Below, in pieces: positions 37,611 through 46,708 of a stretch of DNA of 64,000 bases (within the stretch, counting starts at the first letter, position 1; the number at the start of each line of letters is the position of its first letter). This DNA is from an uncultured Haliangium sp. (GTDB taxonomy: Bacteria; Myxococcota_A; Polyangia; HGW-17): the NCBI GenBank assembly GCA_964601905.1, contig CAZRPN010000001.1, forward strand, positions 33,251 to 97,250, given 5' to 3'. Below the pieces are notes generated by a model. The model saw only the letters and a program-made list of their open reading frames with translations, was not told the DNA's origin and made no database searches. The translations under genes were made by a program, and so were the position numbers.

Positions 37611-38483
37611 ATGACCCTCCTGCCCGGCATCGTCTTTCCTTCCAGTCCGGTGCAGTCCGATGCCCTGACGGCCGGCCTGCGCATTCTGCCCGACCACAGG
37701 CTGTTTTCCACCGCTCCCTGCCAATGGCCGTTTCTGGCCGGCTCCGACCGGGATCGGACGAAGTCGGTGTGCGAGGCCCTGGGTGATCCGGAGGTGGGCA
37801 TCCTGGTGGCTGCCAGGGGTGGACACGGCGCCCTGCGCCTGGACCGGGAGCGCATCCTCGGGGCGCTGCGGGAGCATCCGAAGCCGATCCTGGGCTTCTC
37901 CGACGTGACGGCCCTGCACTTCCTGTGGCAGTCAGCCGGGGTGCCCTCGATCTGCGGTCCGAACGTGACCCAGCTTCCGTCGCTGCCCGAGGATCAGATC
38001 GAACGCATCCGGCGGTTGATCCGGTCCGGGGAGCTCTCGCCGCTGCGTGTCCGGCTGGAGCCGCTGGGCGATGCCGTCTCCGGGGTCATCGAGGGACCCA
38101 TGGCGGGCGGCAACCTGACCGTCGCCGCCTCGGCGGCCGGCACGCCATGGTCGGGTTCCTATGCGGGCCGGATCGTGTTCCTCGAGGAGATCCGCGAGGC
38201 ACCCTACCGGCTGGATCGCATGCTCTGGCAACTGTTTGCCGGCACGGAGCTGGGCTGCGCGGCCGCGATCGTGTTCGGCGAGTTCATCGAGTGCTCCGGA
38301 CTCCGCATGGAGCTGGTGACGGAGACCTGCCGGCAGTTCGCGCCCGGGGTCCCCCTGTTTTCGGGATTCCCCTCCGGACATGGCGCCAGCGACGTCGCAT
38401 TCGTCTCCGGGCTCGAGGCTCGTATCGAAGGTCCATCCTGCGTCCTGACGCAGCCTTCATTCCGCTTTTTTCCGAAGCCATGA
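37611..38483 (+). CDS. ldcA: LD-carboxypeptidase (peptidase S66, LdcA-like murein tetrapeptide carboxypeptidase)
   Basis: ILVAARGGHGALRL, nucleophile region GFSDVTALH, C-terminal catalytic His region GFPSGHG. Confidence 0.8.
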   Translation: MTLLPGIVFPSSPVQSDALTAGLRILPDHRLFSTAPCQWPFLAGSDRDRTKSVCEALGDPEVGILVAARGGHGALRLDRERILGALREHPKPILGFSDVTALHFLWQSAGVPSICGPNVTQLPSLPEDQIERIRRLIRSGELSPLRVRLEPLGDAVSGVIEGPMAGGNLTVAASAAGTPWSGSYAGRIVFLEEIREAPYRLDRMLWQLFAGTELGCAAAIVFGEFIECSGLRMELVTETCRQFAPGVPLFSGFPSGHGASDVAFVSGLEARIEGPSCVLTQPSFRFFPKP

Positions 38484-40051
38484 AGCTCACCGTCACCCTC
38501 GTCGACCGGCAACTGCAGTATCTCCTGCCCGATATAGGCGATGTTCCGGTTCCGGGGCCCTTCCCGGAGGAGCGCATCGCGACGCTCTGCGGAGAGATCC
38601 GCAACGTCACCTACCGCATGGTCCACTCGGATCTCGGGCTGGAGAGCGGCTTCGGCCAGCTGGAGGCGCTGTCGCGTGCGCTTTCAGGCCTGATCCTGCC
38701 CGCCCGCGTCGCACAGGCGCTGCGCGGCGCCGACGGCACACTGCACCTTCGGGTGGAGCCGCGGCTGCAGCACATTCCGTGGGAGTGGCTGCACGACGGC
38801 GAGGACTTCTGGTGCCGCCGTTTCTCCATCGGGCGCGACCACCGGGAGGGTGCCGCCGCCCGGCTGCGCGAACCCGTCCGTCCGGTGAAGATGCTCGTGG
38901 TGGTGTCCGATCCCGATCGGGATCTGCCCGGTGCGCTGCCGGAGGCCCGTCGCCTCGTGCGGGCGCTGGACCGGGAGCAGGCCTATGCCGCGCGGCTGAT
39001 GGTCAACCCGACGATCGAGGAGTTGATCAGCAATTTCAACCAGTACAGCGTGGTCCATTTCGTGGGTCACATGAAATCCGTGCCCGGTGACGACGGTCCA
39101 CTGCCGGCGTGGCACTTGAAGAACGGCTTCTTCGGCGTGCCCGAGATGGCGGCCTGCTTCTTCGGCGGCTGCAGGGTGCGGCTGGTGTACTCCAACTCCT
39201 GTCCGGGACTGGCGACGGACCCGGGCGCGGCGGCCACCTGGCCCCGGGCGCTCTCACAGGCCGGCGTGCAGGCCGTGATCTCGACGCTGATGGACGTTCC
39301 GGACCGGTCCGCCGCGGAGATGTCGGCCGGCTTCTATGAGGATCTGGCCTCCGGGAAGAGCCTGGGTGAGGTGCTCTCCGCAGCGCGGGAGCGCGCCCGC
39401 TGCCGGCTGGGAAAGCTGGACATCACCTGGATGCTGCACGCGCTGCACGGCGATCCGGACCAGGTGCTGCTCCCGGTGAAATCCACGCTGGAGAACGGCG
39501 CCCGGCTGCGCGTGTCGGGCCCGGTCCCCTACAAGCAGCCGCTGGCCCCGCAGCCGCCGGCGCGAAATCCCTGGCGCAAGGTCGAGATCGGGTTGTTCGT
39601 GGCGTTGCTGGCGCTCACGGCGGGCCTCCTGGCCCGGCCGCTGTGGCAGCGGACGCCGGAGTGGAATCCCCCGGCGGTGCCCAAGGAGATGGAGCCCTTC
39701 TCGGGCCGCGTGCTCTTCACCGGTTTCGAGGGCTCCGATCCCGCCTTCTCCTCGGACACGCTGGAGGCCGAGCAGTGCTTCATCCGTTCGCTCACCGCGC
39801 TGCCGGGCGTGCGGCTCCAGGACGGCCGGCTCCCGGACGGGGGACCGCGTCATGAATTGCTCTCCACTCCGTTCATGGAAATCGGCGGGCGCGTCGTGAC
39901 CGGGACCTCCGGCGAGGTCAAGATCCTGCTGATGGTGAAACGCACCTCGGATCGGGTCGTGCTGTACGCGGATGATTTCGTCCTCCCGGTGCCCGACGAG
40001 ACCCCCTGCGTCCGGCTCGCGGACTGGATTCGCCGCAAATACGAGTTGTAA
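38480..40051 (+). CDS. CHAT-domain (caspase-like) protein with an internal TM segment and a C-terminal domain of unknown function. Real start MKLTVTLVD...; the upstream part of the 708-aa track ORF is spurious.
   Basis: Caspase-like dyad: HFVGHMKSVPGDDG (His) and RLVYSNSCPG (Cys). TM VEIGLFVALLALTAGLLARPLW. ATGA overlap with the ldcA stop. Confidence 0.75.
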   Translation: MKLTVTLVDRQLQYLLPDIGDVPVPGPFPEERIATLCGEIRNVTYRMVHSDLGLESGFGQLEALSRALSGLILPARVAQALRGADGTLHLRVEPRLQHIPWEWLHDGEDFWCRRFSIGRDHREGAAARLREPVRPVKMLVVVSDPDRDLPGALPEARRLVRALDREQAYAARLMVNPTIEELISNFNQYSVVHFVGHMKSVPGDDGPLPAWHLKNGFFGVPEMAACFFGGCRVRLVYSNSCPGLATDPGAAATWPRALSQAGVQAVISTLMDVPDRSAAEMSAGFYEDLASGKSLGEVLSAARERARCRLGKLDITWMLHALHGDPDQVLLPVKSTLENGARLRVSGPVPYKQPLAPQPPARNPWRKVEIGLFVALLALTAGLLARPLWQRTPEWNPPAVPKEMEPFSGRVLFTGFEGSDPAFSSDTLEAEQCFIRSLTALPGVRLQDGRLPDGGPRHELLSTPFMEIGGRVVTGTSGEVKILLMVKRTSDRVVLYADDFVLPVPDETPCVRLADWIRRKYEL

Positions 40052-40179
40052 AATCCGCCTCCAAAATCGTCTCCGAAAAGCCTTGCTTTTTGTCGCGTTT
40101 GTTCTAAGTTCGGGCCGCGTGAAAACCGGGGTCGTCCCTTGGACGAACCCGGGCAGAACCGCGTAGATCCGATTACCTC

Positions 40180-40929
40180 ATGGTTGATTGGCCTCATCCT
40201 TTCCTGTTCCTGCCCACGGCGGACTCCACCAGCGCGATCCTCAAGGGTTTCGTGCAGTCCGATCAATATGTCCCCGGTGCCGTGGCCGCGCGTGAGCAGA
40301 CCGCCGGCCGGGGTCGCGGGGACAACGTGTGGCAGTCCCCGCCGGGCGGTCTGTATCTCTCCGTGGCCTTGCCGGTCGGGGACTCCTCGCTGCTGCCGCT
40401 GGTCGGTCCCGCCATCGCCTGCGCGGTGACCCGGTGGCTGCAGGATCGCTTCTCCATCGCCGCCCGGATCAAGTGGCCCAACGACTGGCTCGTCGGGGAG
40501 CGCAAGATCGCCGGCCTGCTCATGGAGCTGGTGCGGGCCCCGCAGGGCCGGCTGGTCGTGGTCGCGGGCCTCGGGCTCAACGTGCTGCACACGCCGGCGG
40601 TGCCCGATCGCCGGGCGTTTTTGCCCACCGCGATCTGCGAGTGGGCCGACGTCGGAGCCGTGGATCTGGAGTCGCTGGCCCGGGAGCTGGCGCAGGTCGT
40701 GTCGCAGGCCGCGCAGGTCCGCGCGTCCATGGAGCCCGGGATCCGCGAGTTCATGACCGGACACAGCGCCACGCTCGGCCGCGAGGTGTCGGTGGCCCTC
40801 CCCGGAGGGGAACAGGTCACCGGGACCGCCGTCGGGTTTGCCGCCGATTATTCCCTGTGTGTGAAGACCGCCGACCGCATCGTGCGGGTCCAGGCGGGCG
40901 ACTGTTTTCATGAACCGCTTCCCGGTTAA
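40180..40929 (+). CDS. birA: Biotin--[acetyl-CoA-carboxylase] ligase (group I, no N-terminal HTH)
   Basis: GRGRGDNVWQSPPGGLYLS biotin-protein-ligase signature, KWPNDWLVGERKIAGLLME. Confidence 0.85.
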   Translation: MVDWPHPFLFLPTADSTSAILKGFVQSDQYVPGAVAAREQTAGRGRGDNVWQSPPGGLYLSVALPVGDSSLLPLVGPAIACAVTRWLQDRFSIAARIKWPNDWLVGERKIAGLLMELVRAPQGRLVVVAGLGLNVLHTPAVPDRRAFLPTAICEWADVGAVDLESLARELAQVVSQAAQVRASMEPGIREFMTGHSATLGREVSVALPGGEQVTGTAVGFAADYSLCVKTADRIVRVQAGDCFHEPLPG

Positions 40930-40941
40930 GGAGGTTGTACG

Positions 40942-41214
40942 TTGTCTCAGGCATTGTTTCTCACAGTCATGGGAATGACGATTGTCTACCTGGTGCTCGC
41001 GCTGATCTACGGCAGCATCCTGATCCTGGGATGGTTCGAGAGCCGGACCGCGGCCGCGGCCGCCGTCGTGACCGCGTCGGTTCCGGCCGGCGACGCCTCA
41101 GCCGTCACGCCCGAAGAGGAGGCGGCCATCCACGCGGCCATCGCCCACCACACCGGTCGCGCGCCCGAAACGTTTCAAACCCGGATTTCTCCGGCCAATA
41201 AAAAGGAGTCGTAA
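40942..41214 (+). CDS. oadG: Oxaloacetate decarboxylase gamma subunit-like small membrane protein
   Basis: Single TM (LFLTVMGMTIVYLVLALIYGSILILGWF), an Ala-rich linker, position upstream of oadA/oadB. Confidence 0.7.
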   Translation: MSQALFLTVMGMTIVYLVLALIYGSILILGWFESRTAAAAAVVTASVPAGDASAVTPEEEAAIHAAIAHHTGRAPETFQTRISPANKKES

Positions 41215-41217
41215 GTC

Positions 41218-42978
41218 ATGGTGAAGATTACCGAGACCATCCTGCGGGACGCCCACCAGTCCCTGATCGCCACCCGTCTGCGCATCGAGGACATGATTCC
41301 GGCGCTCGAGCTGCTGGATTCGATGGGCTATCACTCCCTGGAGGTGTGGGGCGGCGCGACGTTTGATTCCTGCATGCGGTTCCTGGCCGAGGATCCCTGG
41401 GAGCGGCTGCGGACCATCCGCAAGGCCGTGAAGAAGACCCAACTGCAGATGCTGCTGCGCGGACAGAACCTCGTGGGCTACCGTCACTACGCCGATGACG
41501 TGGTGGATCGCTTCGTCGAATTGGCCGCCAAAAACGGCATCGACATCTTCCGCATCTTCGACGCCCTCAATGACGTCCGCAACATGGAGCAGGCCATCCG
41601 CGCCGCCGTGAAGACGGGCAAGCACGTGCAGGGGACCATCTCCTACACGCTGTCGCCGGTGCACACCGAGGATCTGTTCGTGGCCTTCGCCAAGGAGCTC
41701 AAGGGCCTGGGCTGCCACTCGATCTGCATCAAGGACATGGCGGGCCTGCTGGATCCGGCCGCCTGCACCAGCCTGGTTTCGCGCCTGAAGAAGGAGGTCC
41801 AGCTGCCCGTGCAGGTGCACACGCACTGCACCTCGGGCCTGGCCCAGATGACCTACTTCGCCGCGGCCGAGGCCGGCGCCGACGTGGTCGACTGCGCGCT
41901 GTCGCCGTTTTCCGGGGGCACCTCCCAGCCGCCCACCGAGAGCGTGGTGTTCGGCTTCGCCGGGACCCCGTACGACACCGGCATGGATCCGGCCGCCTTC
42001 AAGCCGCTGACGGCCGTCTTCAAGCAGGTGCGCAAGAAGTACGATTCCATGGTCTCCCCGATCTCCGAGCGCGTGGACGTGGACGTGCTGATCTACCAGA
42101 TCCCGGGCGGCATGCTGTCGAACCTGGTCAGCCAGCTCGAGAAGCAGAAGAAGCTCGACCGCTACGAGGACGTGCTCCTGGAGGTGCCCCGCGTGCGCGT
42201 CGACATGGGCTATCCGCCGCTGGTCACGCCCACGAGCCAGATCGTCGGCACCCAGGCGGTCATGAACGTCATCGCCGGCGAGCGTTACAAGATGATCAGC
42301 AAGGAGACCAAGGAGTATGTCCGCGGCATGTACGGCCGCACCCCGGCCCCGATCTCGCCCGAGATCCGCAGACTGATCACGGGCGACGAGCCCATGGTCG
42401 ACGGCCGCCCCGGCGATCACCTGAAGCCGGAGCTGCCTGAGGTCCGTGAGAAATTCAAGGATCTGATCAAGAAGGAAGAGGACGTGATCTCCCTGGCCCT
42501 GTATCCCGAGGTGGCCGCCAAGCTGCTGTCGGGCAAGGCCGAGGCCGAGCCCATGCCCGGCGCGGCGGCGGCTCCTGCGGCGACTCCTGCGGCGGCTCCT
42601 GCGGCGGCCCCCGTGGGCGCGGCCGGCCCCGGCCGGTACCAGGTGCAGGTCAACGGCAAGGTCTTCACGGTGGACGTGTCTCCGGTCACGGGGGGCGCGG
42701 TGCTCCCGATGCCGTCGGTGGCCGTCGCCGCCCCGGCCGCGCCCGTGGCCGCGCCGTCCGGCGCCGCGCGGGCCCTTCCCAGCCCGCTCCAGGGGACGGT
42801 CTTCAAGATCCTGGTCAAGGTCGGCGATCGCGTCGCCGTGAACCAGCCCGTGCTGGTCCTGGAAGCCATGAAGATGGAGAACGAGATCACCTCCCCCTTC
42901 GGGGGCGTGGTGCGTCAGATCCTCGTCAAGGAGGGCCAGGGCGTGGACGCCGACGCGCCCCTGATCGTGCTCGAATAG
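41218..42978 (+). CDS. oadA: Oxaloacetate decarboxylase alpha subunit / pyruvate carboxylase subunit B (carboxyltransferase + C-terminal biotinyl domain)
   Basis: [13 protein letters not shown] carboxyltransferase TIM barrel, Pro/Ala linker, biotinyl motif EAMKMENEI. Confidence 0.9.
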   Translation: MVKITETILRDAHQSLIATRLRIEDMIPALELLDSMGYHSLEVWGGATFDSCMRFLAEDPWERLRTIRKAVKKTQLQMLLRGQNLVGYRHYADDVVDRFVELAAKNGIDIFRIFDALNDVRNMEQAIRAAVKTGKHVQGTISYTLSPVHTEDLFVAFAKELKGLGCHSICIKDMAGLLDPAACTSLVSRLKKEVQLPVQVHTHCTSGLAQMTYFAAAEAGADVVDCALSPFSGGTSQPPTESVVFGFAGTPYDTGMDPAAFKPLTAVFKQVRKKYDSMVSPISERVDVDVLIYQIPGGMLSNLVSQLEKQKKLDRYEDVLLEVPRVRVDMGYPPLVTPTSQIVGTQAVMNVIAGERYKMISKETKEYVRGMYGRTPAPISPEIRRLITGDEPMVDGRPGDHLKPELPEVREKFKDLIKKEEDVISLALYPEVAAKLLSGKAEAEPMPGAAAAPAATPAAAPAAAPVGAAGPGRYQVQVNGKVFTVDVSPVTGGAVLPMPSVAVAAPAAPVAAPSGAARALPSPLQGTVFKILVKVGDRVAVNQPVLVLEAMKMENEITSPFGGVVRQILVKEGQGVDADAPLIVLE

Positions 42979-42988
42979 GAGGTCTTCC

Positions 42989-44149
42989 ATGTCCGGTGTA
43001 GAAAACGTCATCCAGTCCATGGGCTTCATGAACCTCACGCTGGGTCATGTGGCCATGCTGAGCATCGCCATGATACTCCTGTATCTGGCCATCGTGCGCC
43101 AGTTCGAGCCCCTGCTGCTGATCCCGATCGCCATGGGCGTGATCCTGGCCAACGTGCCCATCGCCGACGTCATGGCCCACCCGGATCTGACCAAGCCCTT
43201 CGTGCCGGCGGACCTGAGCTCGTGGGGCGTGGTGTACGTCGTGTATTTCTGGGGCATCAAGTCCGGCCTGTTCCCGCTGCTGATCTTCATGGGCGTGGGC
43301 GCCATGACCGACTTCGGGCCGCTGATCTCCAACCCCAAGACCATCTTCCTCGGCGCGGCCGCCCAGTTCGGCATCTTCGGCACCCTCATCGGCGCGGTGG
43401 CGCTGGGCTTCCCCATGAACGAGGCCGCCTCCATCGGCATCATCGGCGGCGCCGACGGACCGACGGCGATCTTCACCACCACCAAACTGGCCCCCCACCT
43501 GCTCGGTCCCATCGCGGTGGCCGCCTACAGTTACATGGCCCTGGTGCCCATCATCCAGCCGCCGATCATGCGGCTGCTGACCACGAAGAAGGAGCGCGCG
43601 ATCCGCATGGAGCAGATGCGCCCGGTGAGCAAGCGCACCAAGGTCATCTTCCCGATCATGGTCACCCTCGTGACCATCATCCTGATCCCGGACGCCGCCC
43701 CCCTGGTGGGCATGCTCATGTTCGGCAACCTGGTCAAGGAAGCCGGCGTGGTGGATCGCCTGTCCAAGACCGCGGCCAACGAACTGATCAACATCGTGAC
43801 GATCCTGCTGGGCCTGTGCGTGGGCGCCACCATGGACGCCAACACCTTCATCAACGTCAAGACCATCAAGATCATCGTGCTGGGCCTGATCGCCTTCTCC
43901 ATCGGCACCGCCGCGGGCGTGCTCTTCGGCAAGCTCATGAACTGGTGGTCCGGCGGCAAGGTGAACCCGCTGATCGGCTCCGCCGGCGTCTCCGCGGTGC
44001 CCATGGCGGCCCGCGTTTCCCAGAAGGTCGGCCGCGAGACCGATCCGAACAACTACCTGCTGATGCACGCCATGGGCCCCAACGTCGCCGGCGTCCTCGG
44101 CTCGGCCATCGCCGCGGGCGTGCTCATCGCGGTGGTGGGCGGCGGGTGA
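42989..44149 (+). CDS. oadB: Na+-transporting oxaloacetate decarboxylase beta subunit
   Basis: OadB-family polytopic membrane protein (…[13 protein letters not shown]…, …[18 protein letters not shown]). Confidence 0.9.
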   Translation: MSGVENVIQSMGFMNLTLGHVAMLSIAMILLYLAIVRQFEPLLLIPIAMGVILANVPIADVMAHPDLTKPFVPADLSSWGVVYVVYFWGIKSGLFPLLIFMGVGAMTDFGPLISNPKTIFLGAAAQFGIFGTLIGAVALGFPMNEAASIGIIGGADGPTAIFTTTKLAPHLLGPIAVAAYSYMALVPIIQPPIMRLLTTKKERAIRMEQMRPVSKRTKVIFPIMVTLVTIILIPDAAPLVGMLMFGNLVKEAGVVDRLSKTAANELINIVTILLGLCVGATMDANTFINVKTIKIIVLGLIAFSIGTAAGVLFGKLMNWWSGGKVNPLIGSAGVSAVPMAARVSQKVGRETDPNNYLLMHAMGPNVAGVLGSAIAAGVLIAVVGGG

Positions 44150-44180
44150 TTTTTCCGGACTCGTGGACGGAGAGCCCGAA

Positions 44181-44282
44181 GGCCACGAAGTGGCCAAGGC
44201 CCTGCCGCCCCGAAGGACGGTGCCCCCGAGGGATACCTTGACCGAGGCGGGCGCAGCCCGAACCTGAGGCCACAACGTGGCC
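44181..44282. other. Two copies of the palindrome GGCCAC-N3-GTGGCC (44181-44195 and 44268-44282) in the oadB-maf intergenic region
   Basis: Direct reading. Shares the GTGGC half-site with the metG-leader repeat unit. Confidence 0.3.
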
Positions 44283-44298
44283 GGAAAGCTATACCCCC

Positions 44299-44868
44299 AT
44301 GCGTCTGATCCTCGCGAGCCAGTCCAGATACAAGAGAGAATCCCTGGAGCGCCTGGGGCAGCCCTTCGACAGTGAAGATCCCGCCATCGACGAGAGCCCG
44401 CTGCCCGGCGAGGCGCCCGAGCAGCTGGTGCTGCGCCTGTGCGTTGAGAAGGCGCAGGCCGTGAGCGCCGGCCGGCCCGGCGCGCTCGTGATCGCCGCGG
44501 ACCAGGTCGCCGAGCTCGACGGGGAGATCCTCACCAAGCCCGGCACCCCCGAGGGCGCCCGCGCCCAGCTGCGACGCATGTCCGGCCGCACCCACCGGCT
44601 GCTCACCGCCGTGGCGGTCACCGACGGCGCCCGCACCGAGCGCCGCCTCGAGATCCACGTGATGACCATGCGCCCCCTCTCCGACGAGGCCATCGCCCGC
44701 TACGTGGCGCGCGACAATCCGGTCGACTGCGCCGGCGCCTACAAGATCGAGCGGACCGGCATCGCCCTGTTCGCCTCGGTGGTGGGCGCCGATCCGCAGG
44801 CCATCGTCGGCCTGCCCCTGATGGCCCTGGTGGACCTGCTGGGCCACTTCGGCGTCGAGGTGCCGTGA
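44299..44868 (+). CDS. maf: Maf-like nucleoside triphosphate pyrophosphatase (septum formation protein Maf)
   Basis: ILASQSRYKRESLERLG, CAGAYKIE, full Maf-fold length. Confidence 0.85.
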   Translation: MRLILASQSRYKRESLERLGQPFDSEDPAIDESPLPGEAPEQLVLRLCVEKAQAVSAGRPGALVIAADQVAELDGEILTKPGTPEGARAQLRRMSGRTHRLLTAVAVTDGARTERRLEIHVMTMRPLSDEAIARYVARDNPVDCAGAYKIERTGIALFASVVGADPQAIVGLPLMALVDLLGHFGVEVP

Positions 44869-44931
44869 ACGCCATGCGTGGGGATGATCCGGTCACTTCG
44901 TTCCCTCAAATGGCGCGCGCACGCGCGGCCC

Positions 44932-44960
44932 GACCCGCCGCGATAGGCGGGTCTCTTTCG
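44932..44960 (+). terminator. Candidate intrinsic terminator after maf: GACCCGCC-gcgata-GGCGGGTC, followed by TCTTTCG
   Basis: Perfect 8-bp GC-rich stem with a 6-nt loop, then a T-rich run. Confidence 0.4.
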
Positions 44961-45005
44961 ATGTCGCCGCGGGCAACGCAGCCCGCTTGAACCCGGAGGT
45001 CTTCC

Positions 45006-45335
45006 ATGTGGACTGTCGCCCTGCTCGTCGCCTCCAACGTCTTCATGACGTTCGCCTGGTACGGTCACCTGAAGTACAAGAGCTCGCCGCTGATGCTGGT
45101 GATCCTGGCCTCCTGGGGCATCGCGTTCTTCGAGTACTGCCTGCAGGTGCCCGCCAACCGCATGGGCCACGGCCGCTTCAGCGCCGCCGAGCTCAAGACC
45201 ATGCAGGAGGTCATCACCCTGATCGTCTTCTCGGCCTTCTCGGTGACCTACCTCAAGGAGAGCCTCCGCTGGAACCACCTCGTGGGCTTCGGACTGATCA
45301 TCCTCGCGGTCTTCTTCGTCTTCAAGAAGTGGTAG
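45006..45335 (+). CDS. Small DMT-superfamily membrane protein (DUF486/EamA-like, 4 TM)
   Basis: 109 aa, four TM helices; GGAGG RBS. Confidence 0.7.
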   Translation: MWTVALLVASNVFMTFAWYGHLKYKSSPLMLVILASWGIAFFEYCLQVPANRMGHGRFSAAELKTMQEVITLIVFSAFSVTYLKESLRWNHLVGFGLIILAVFFVFKKW

Positions 45336-45360
45336 TCGGCGAATCAGGCCGGCGCGATGC

Positions 45361-45468
45361 GTGAAGCAAAAGACGGGGGACAAGAGACTACGGAAAAGAC
45401 GGATGGGGAGCGGAAAAGACGGATGGGGAGCGGAAAAGACGGATGGGGAGCGGAAAAACGGAGGGAAC
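45361..45468 (+). repeat. Purine-rich dispersed repeat copy 3: GTGAAGCA...AGAGACTACGG, then a perfect 21-bp tandem repeat AAAAGACGGATGGGGAGCGGA x3
   Basis: Direct reading; the same family as the copies at 5782, 9601 and 46649. Confidence 0.7.
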
Positions 45469-45887
45469 GACCTTCGTTCACGTCAAAAAAAGCATCCGAG
45501 AGGCCCGGCTTCTCGCCGCAACGCCCCCGCGCCTGCGCCGCAGGCCTGATCGTCGTTGATCTGCCTGTACTAATTTGATTGGCGGCTGCCGAATCTGCAT
45601 TCACGTCTGCCGAACCCACAACGGTCGTCGCCGAATCCGCCGCGGTCGTCGCCGAATCCCCCAACGGTCCCTCCACCTGCAAGGGACGCGGGATTCTCCG
45701 CCAAAAAGTGCGTCAGAAAAACAAATGGGCATCTTCATGCGGTGTACGAGTCTCTCTTAACCTCTTAATGGCGGCACCTTTTGCGAAAATGACGGCCCGC
45801 ATTTTTTTCTGATTGCACGGAGTTGGTCCTATGGTAAAAAGGATATGTGATGAGTATGACATGGAACGCTCATCCAGAAAGAATTTC

Positions 45888-46262
45888 ATGAGATATTTTC
45901 TTATTTTCTTATTTGTATTTACGACCACCGCTTGCGACGACCCGTTGACGCAGTCCGACTGCGAGCGGATCACGGATGAAAATACTTGTTTGGAAAGGGG
46001 ATGCGCCTATCAAAGTGGGTTCGAAATGACCATCGGATGTGGAGAACCCTGTCATTTCACCACAGAATCGACCGGTTTTTCCGGCTGCTTCCTTTCGGAT
46101 AAGAAAGTGCAAGAAGAGGTATGGGTTACTTACCATCGATCAGTCGCAGACAAGTATCAAATCATTATTCTCACACACCACATCGGAAACCTGACCGGGT
46201 GGAAGAATGGATCGCCTGCCTGCGTCACCTGCTCCGCGGAGCTCTGGGTGGAGAATCCCTGA
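45888..46262 (+). CDS. Small Cys-rich secreted lipoprotein, paralogue 1 (signal MRYFLIFLFVFTTTAC-DD), in an AT-richer island
   Basis: Lipobox, 8-9 Cys residues. Shares LTQSDCERITDE, GCFLSD, YQII and IGNLTGW-NG-P-CVTC with the adjacent paralogue. GC visibly lower than the flanks. Confidence 0.6.
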   Translation: MRYFLIFLFVFTTTACDDPLTQSDCERITDENTCLERGCAYQSGFEMTIGCGEPCHFTTESTGFSGCFLSDKKVQEEVWVTYHRSVADKYQIIILTHHIGNLTGWKNGSPACVTCSAELWVENP

Positions 46263-46288
46263 TTTTTTAGTTGGGAGGTTACTCTTTC

Positions 46289-46645
46289 ATGAAGCAATTG
46301 CTGATTTCCCTGTTTTTCTTTTCCATCATTTCCTGCGACGACAAGTTGACGCAGTCCGACTGCGAGCGGATCACGGATGAAGACGCTTGTGTGGAAAAAG
46401 GATGCGTTTTTAAAGCTGGAAGGGTGCTCTATACCGAGTGCGGCGGTTCCTGCCTTTTCTCTGCTGAAACGGATAGTTTTTCGGGGTGTTTTCTCTCTGA
46501 TACCCGAATTGAAGAGCAGATGCCGACAAATTATTATCGACCTGTTGGCGACCAATATCAGATCATCGAATTCAACAGCGGAATCGGTAATCTGACCGGG
46601 TGGGAAAACGGAATACCGGAGTGCGTCACCTGCACCTGGGAATAA
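46289..46645 (+). CDS. Small Cys-rich secreted lipoprotein, paralogue 2 (signal MKQLLISLFFFSIISC-DD)
   Basis: Tandem paralogue of 45888-46262, with a GGAGG RBS. Confidence 0.6.
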   Translation: MKQLLISLFFFSIISCDDKLTQSDCERITDEDACVEKGCVFKAGRVLYTECGGSCLFSAETDSFSGCFLSDTRIEEQMPTNYYRPVGDQYQIIEFNSGIGNLTGWENGIPECVTCTWE

Positions 46646-46648
46646 TGA

Positions 46649-46708
46649 CCGCTCCCATTCCGTCCCTTCCGCTCCCTTTCCGTCTTTTCCGCAGTCTCTT
46701 CACTTCTC
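46649..46708 (-). repeat. Purine-rich dispersed repeat copy 4 (reverse orientation: GAGAAGTGAAGAGACTGCGGAAAAGACGGAAAGGGAGCGGAAGGGACGGAATGGGAGCGG). The TGA stop of the ABC-F gene (46700-46702) is embedded in it.
   Basis: Direct reading; inverted relative to copy 3, so the two bracket the low-GC island. Confidence 0.6.

Noticed and set aside
37925-38479. N-terminal 185 codons of the 708-aa ORF preceding the CHAT protein
   Set aside because: Out of frame with ldcA, which is a convincing S66 peptidase on the same strand, and Arg/Gly-rich. The real start is the ATG at 38480, overlapping the ldcA stop.
45361-45468. Possible CRISPR or short coding ORFs (45357-45578, 45361-45549) through the purine repeat
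   Set aside because: Only three contiguous 21-bp units without spacers. The ORFs are produced by the repeat itself (EKTDGERKRRMGSGKDGWGA repeated) and lack an RBS and any context.
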